Shown: positions 28,262 to 28,897 of the stretch, in pieces
How the letters are laid out: each line of letters begins with the position of its first letter
How positions within the stretch are numbered: the stretch's first letter is position 1
The notes under the pieces: model-generated
The model's database searches: none
Seen by the model: only the letters and a program-made list of their open reading frames with translations
Told to the model about the DNA's origin: nothing
Program-made: the position numbers and the translations under genes
IMG/VR virus record: IMGVR_UViG_2778261084_000005
Location: 1-28,897 of that record
Length of the DNA: 28,897 nucleotides
From: a virus
Taxonomy: Duplodnaviria; Heunggongvirae; Uroviricota; Caudoviricetes
Strand: one strand, 5' to 3'

Positions 28262-28897
28262 ATGGGTAAAGGCAGCAGTAAGGGGCATACCCCGCGCGAA
28301 GCGAAGGACAACCTGAAGTCCACGCAGCTGCTGAGTGTGATCGATGCCATCAGCGAAGGGCCGGTTGAAGGTCCGGTGGATGGATTAAAAAGCGTGCTGC
28401 TGAACAGTACGCCGGTGCTGGACAGTGAGGGGAATACCAATATATCCGGCGTCACGGTGGTGTTCCGGGCCGGTGAGCAGGAGCAGACACCGCCGGAGGG
28501 ATTTGAATCCTCCGGCTCCGAGACGGTGCTGGGTACGGAAGTGAAGTACGACACGCCGATTACGAAAACCACATCATCGTTTGATTACGGCACTAAATCC
28601 ACGAATAACACTGGTGCGCATACTCATAGTTTAAGTGGCAGCACGAATGCAGCTGGTAATCACAGCCATAGAGATGGCCGTCGATTTAACCCCAGTGTTT
28701 TTAAAGATACTTATCAATATGGTTATACAAGCTCAGGTCAAAATACCTGGGGTGTACAAGGCTCAGTAGGTATGTCTACGGGGTGGTTAGCTAATACCAG
28801 TACAGATGGTAATCATAGCCACTCACTGTCCGGCACAGCAGCATCTGCAGGTGCACACGCGCATACTGTCGGTATTGGTGCTCATACGCACTCCGTT
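28262..28897 (+). CDS. Tail fibre protein, partial (runs off window): J-like N-terminus fused to side-tail-fibre His-rich repeats
   Basis: First ~100 aa match recalled lambda J N-terminus; then GAHTHSLSG / GNHSH repeat motifs typical of Stf proteins. Confidence 0.7.
   Translation, partial: MGKGSSKGHTPREAKDNLKSTQLLSVIDAISEGPVEGPVDGLKSVLLNSTPVLDSEGNTNISGVTVVFRAGEQEQTPPEGFESSGSETVLGTEVKYDTPITKTTSSFDYGTKSTNNTGAHTHSLSGSTNAAGNHSHRDGRRFNPSVFKDTYQYGYTSSGQNTWGVQGSVGMSTGWLANTSTDGNHSHSLSGTAASAGAHAHTVGIGAHTHSV

Noticed and set aside
28246-28572. 108-aa minus-strand ORF
   Set aside because: Antisense to the tail-fibre gene.
1-28897. Search for CRISPR arrays, tRNA/rRNA genes and attachment-site core repeats
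   Set aside because: No regularly spaced direct repeats with unique spacers and no tRNA-like or rRNA-like sequence recognised. The integrase stop is at the window edge, so any att site lies outside the window.

Overview
This window reads as most of a Rac-like lambdoid prophage of Escherichia coli, running from the integrase at the left edge to a tail-fibre gene at the right edge. All identifications are from reading the six-frame translations and the DNA by eye against remembered protein families; no database search was run. Left to right: integrase and excisionase (1-1477), a ralR-like gene with an in-frame stop, recT/recE, racC/ydaE/kilR, sieB, ydaF/ydaG, the racR repressor divergent from ydaS/ydaT, and a replication pair (initiator-like ydaU with internal iteron-like repeats, DnaC-like ydaV). 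An accessory island follows (about 10.5-15.8 kb): two phage-type genes, then an AT-rich, oppositely oriented two-gene operon (310-aa soluble protein ATGA-coupled to a 184-aa four-helix membrane protein) with its own terminator, then a Hok-family toxin locus with an IS186 copy inserted 22 bp downstream and flanked by a 10-bp target duplication. After that come a nin-like region with a Q-like antiterminator, two paralogous lipoproteins whose C-termini closely resemble TolA domain III, a phage-21-type lysis cassette, trkG, a ParB-like gene, and a degraded packaging/tail module. The two-gene operon at 11964-13447 is my best candidate for an undescribed defence or abortive-infection system; the TolA-like lipoprotein pair is second. 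No rRNA, tRNA or CRISPR array was recognised.
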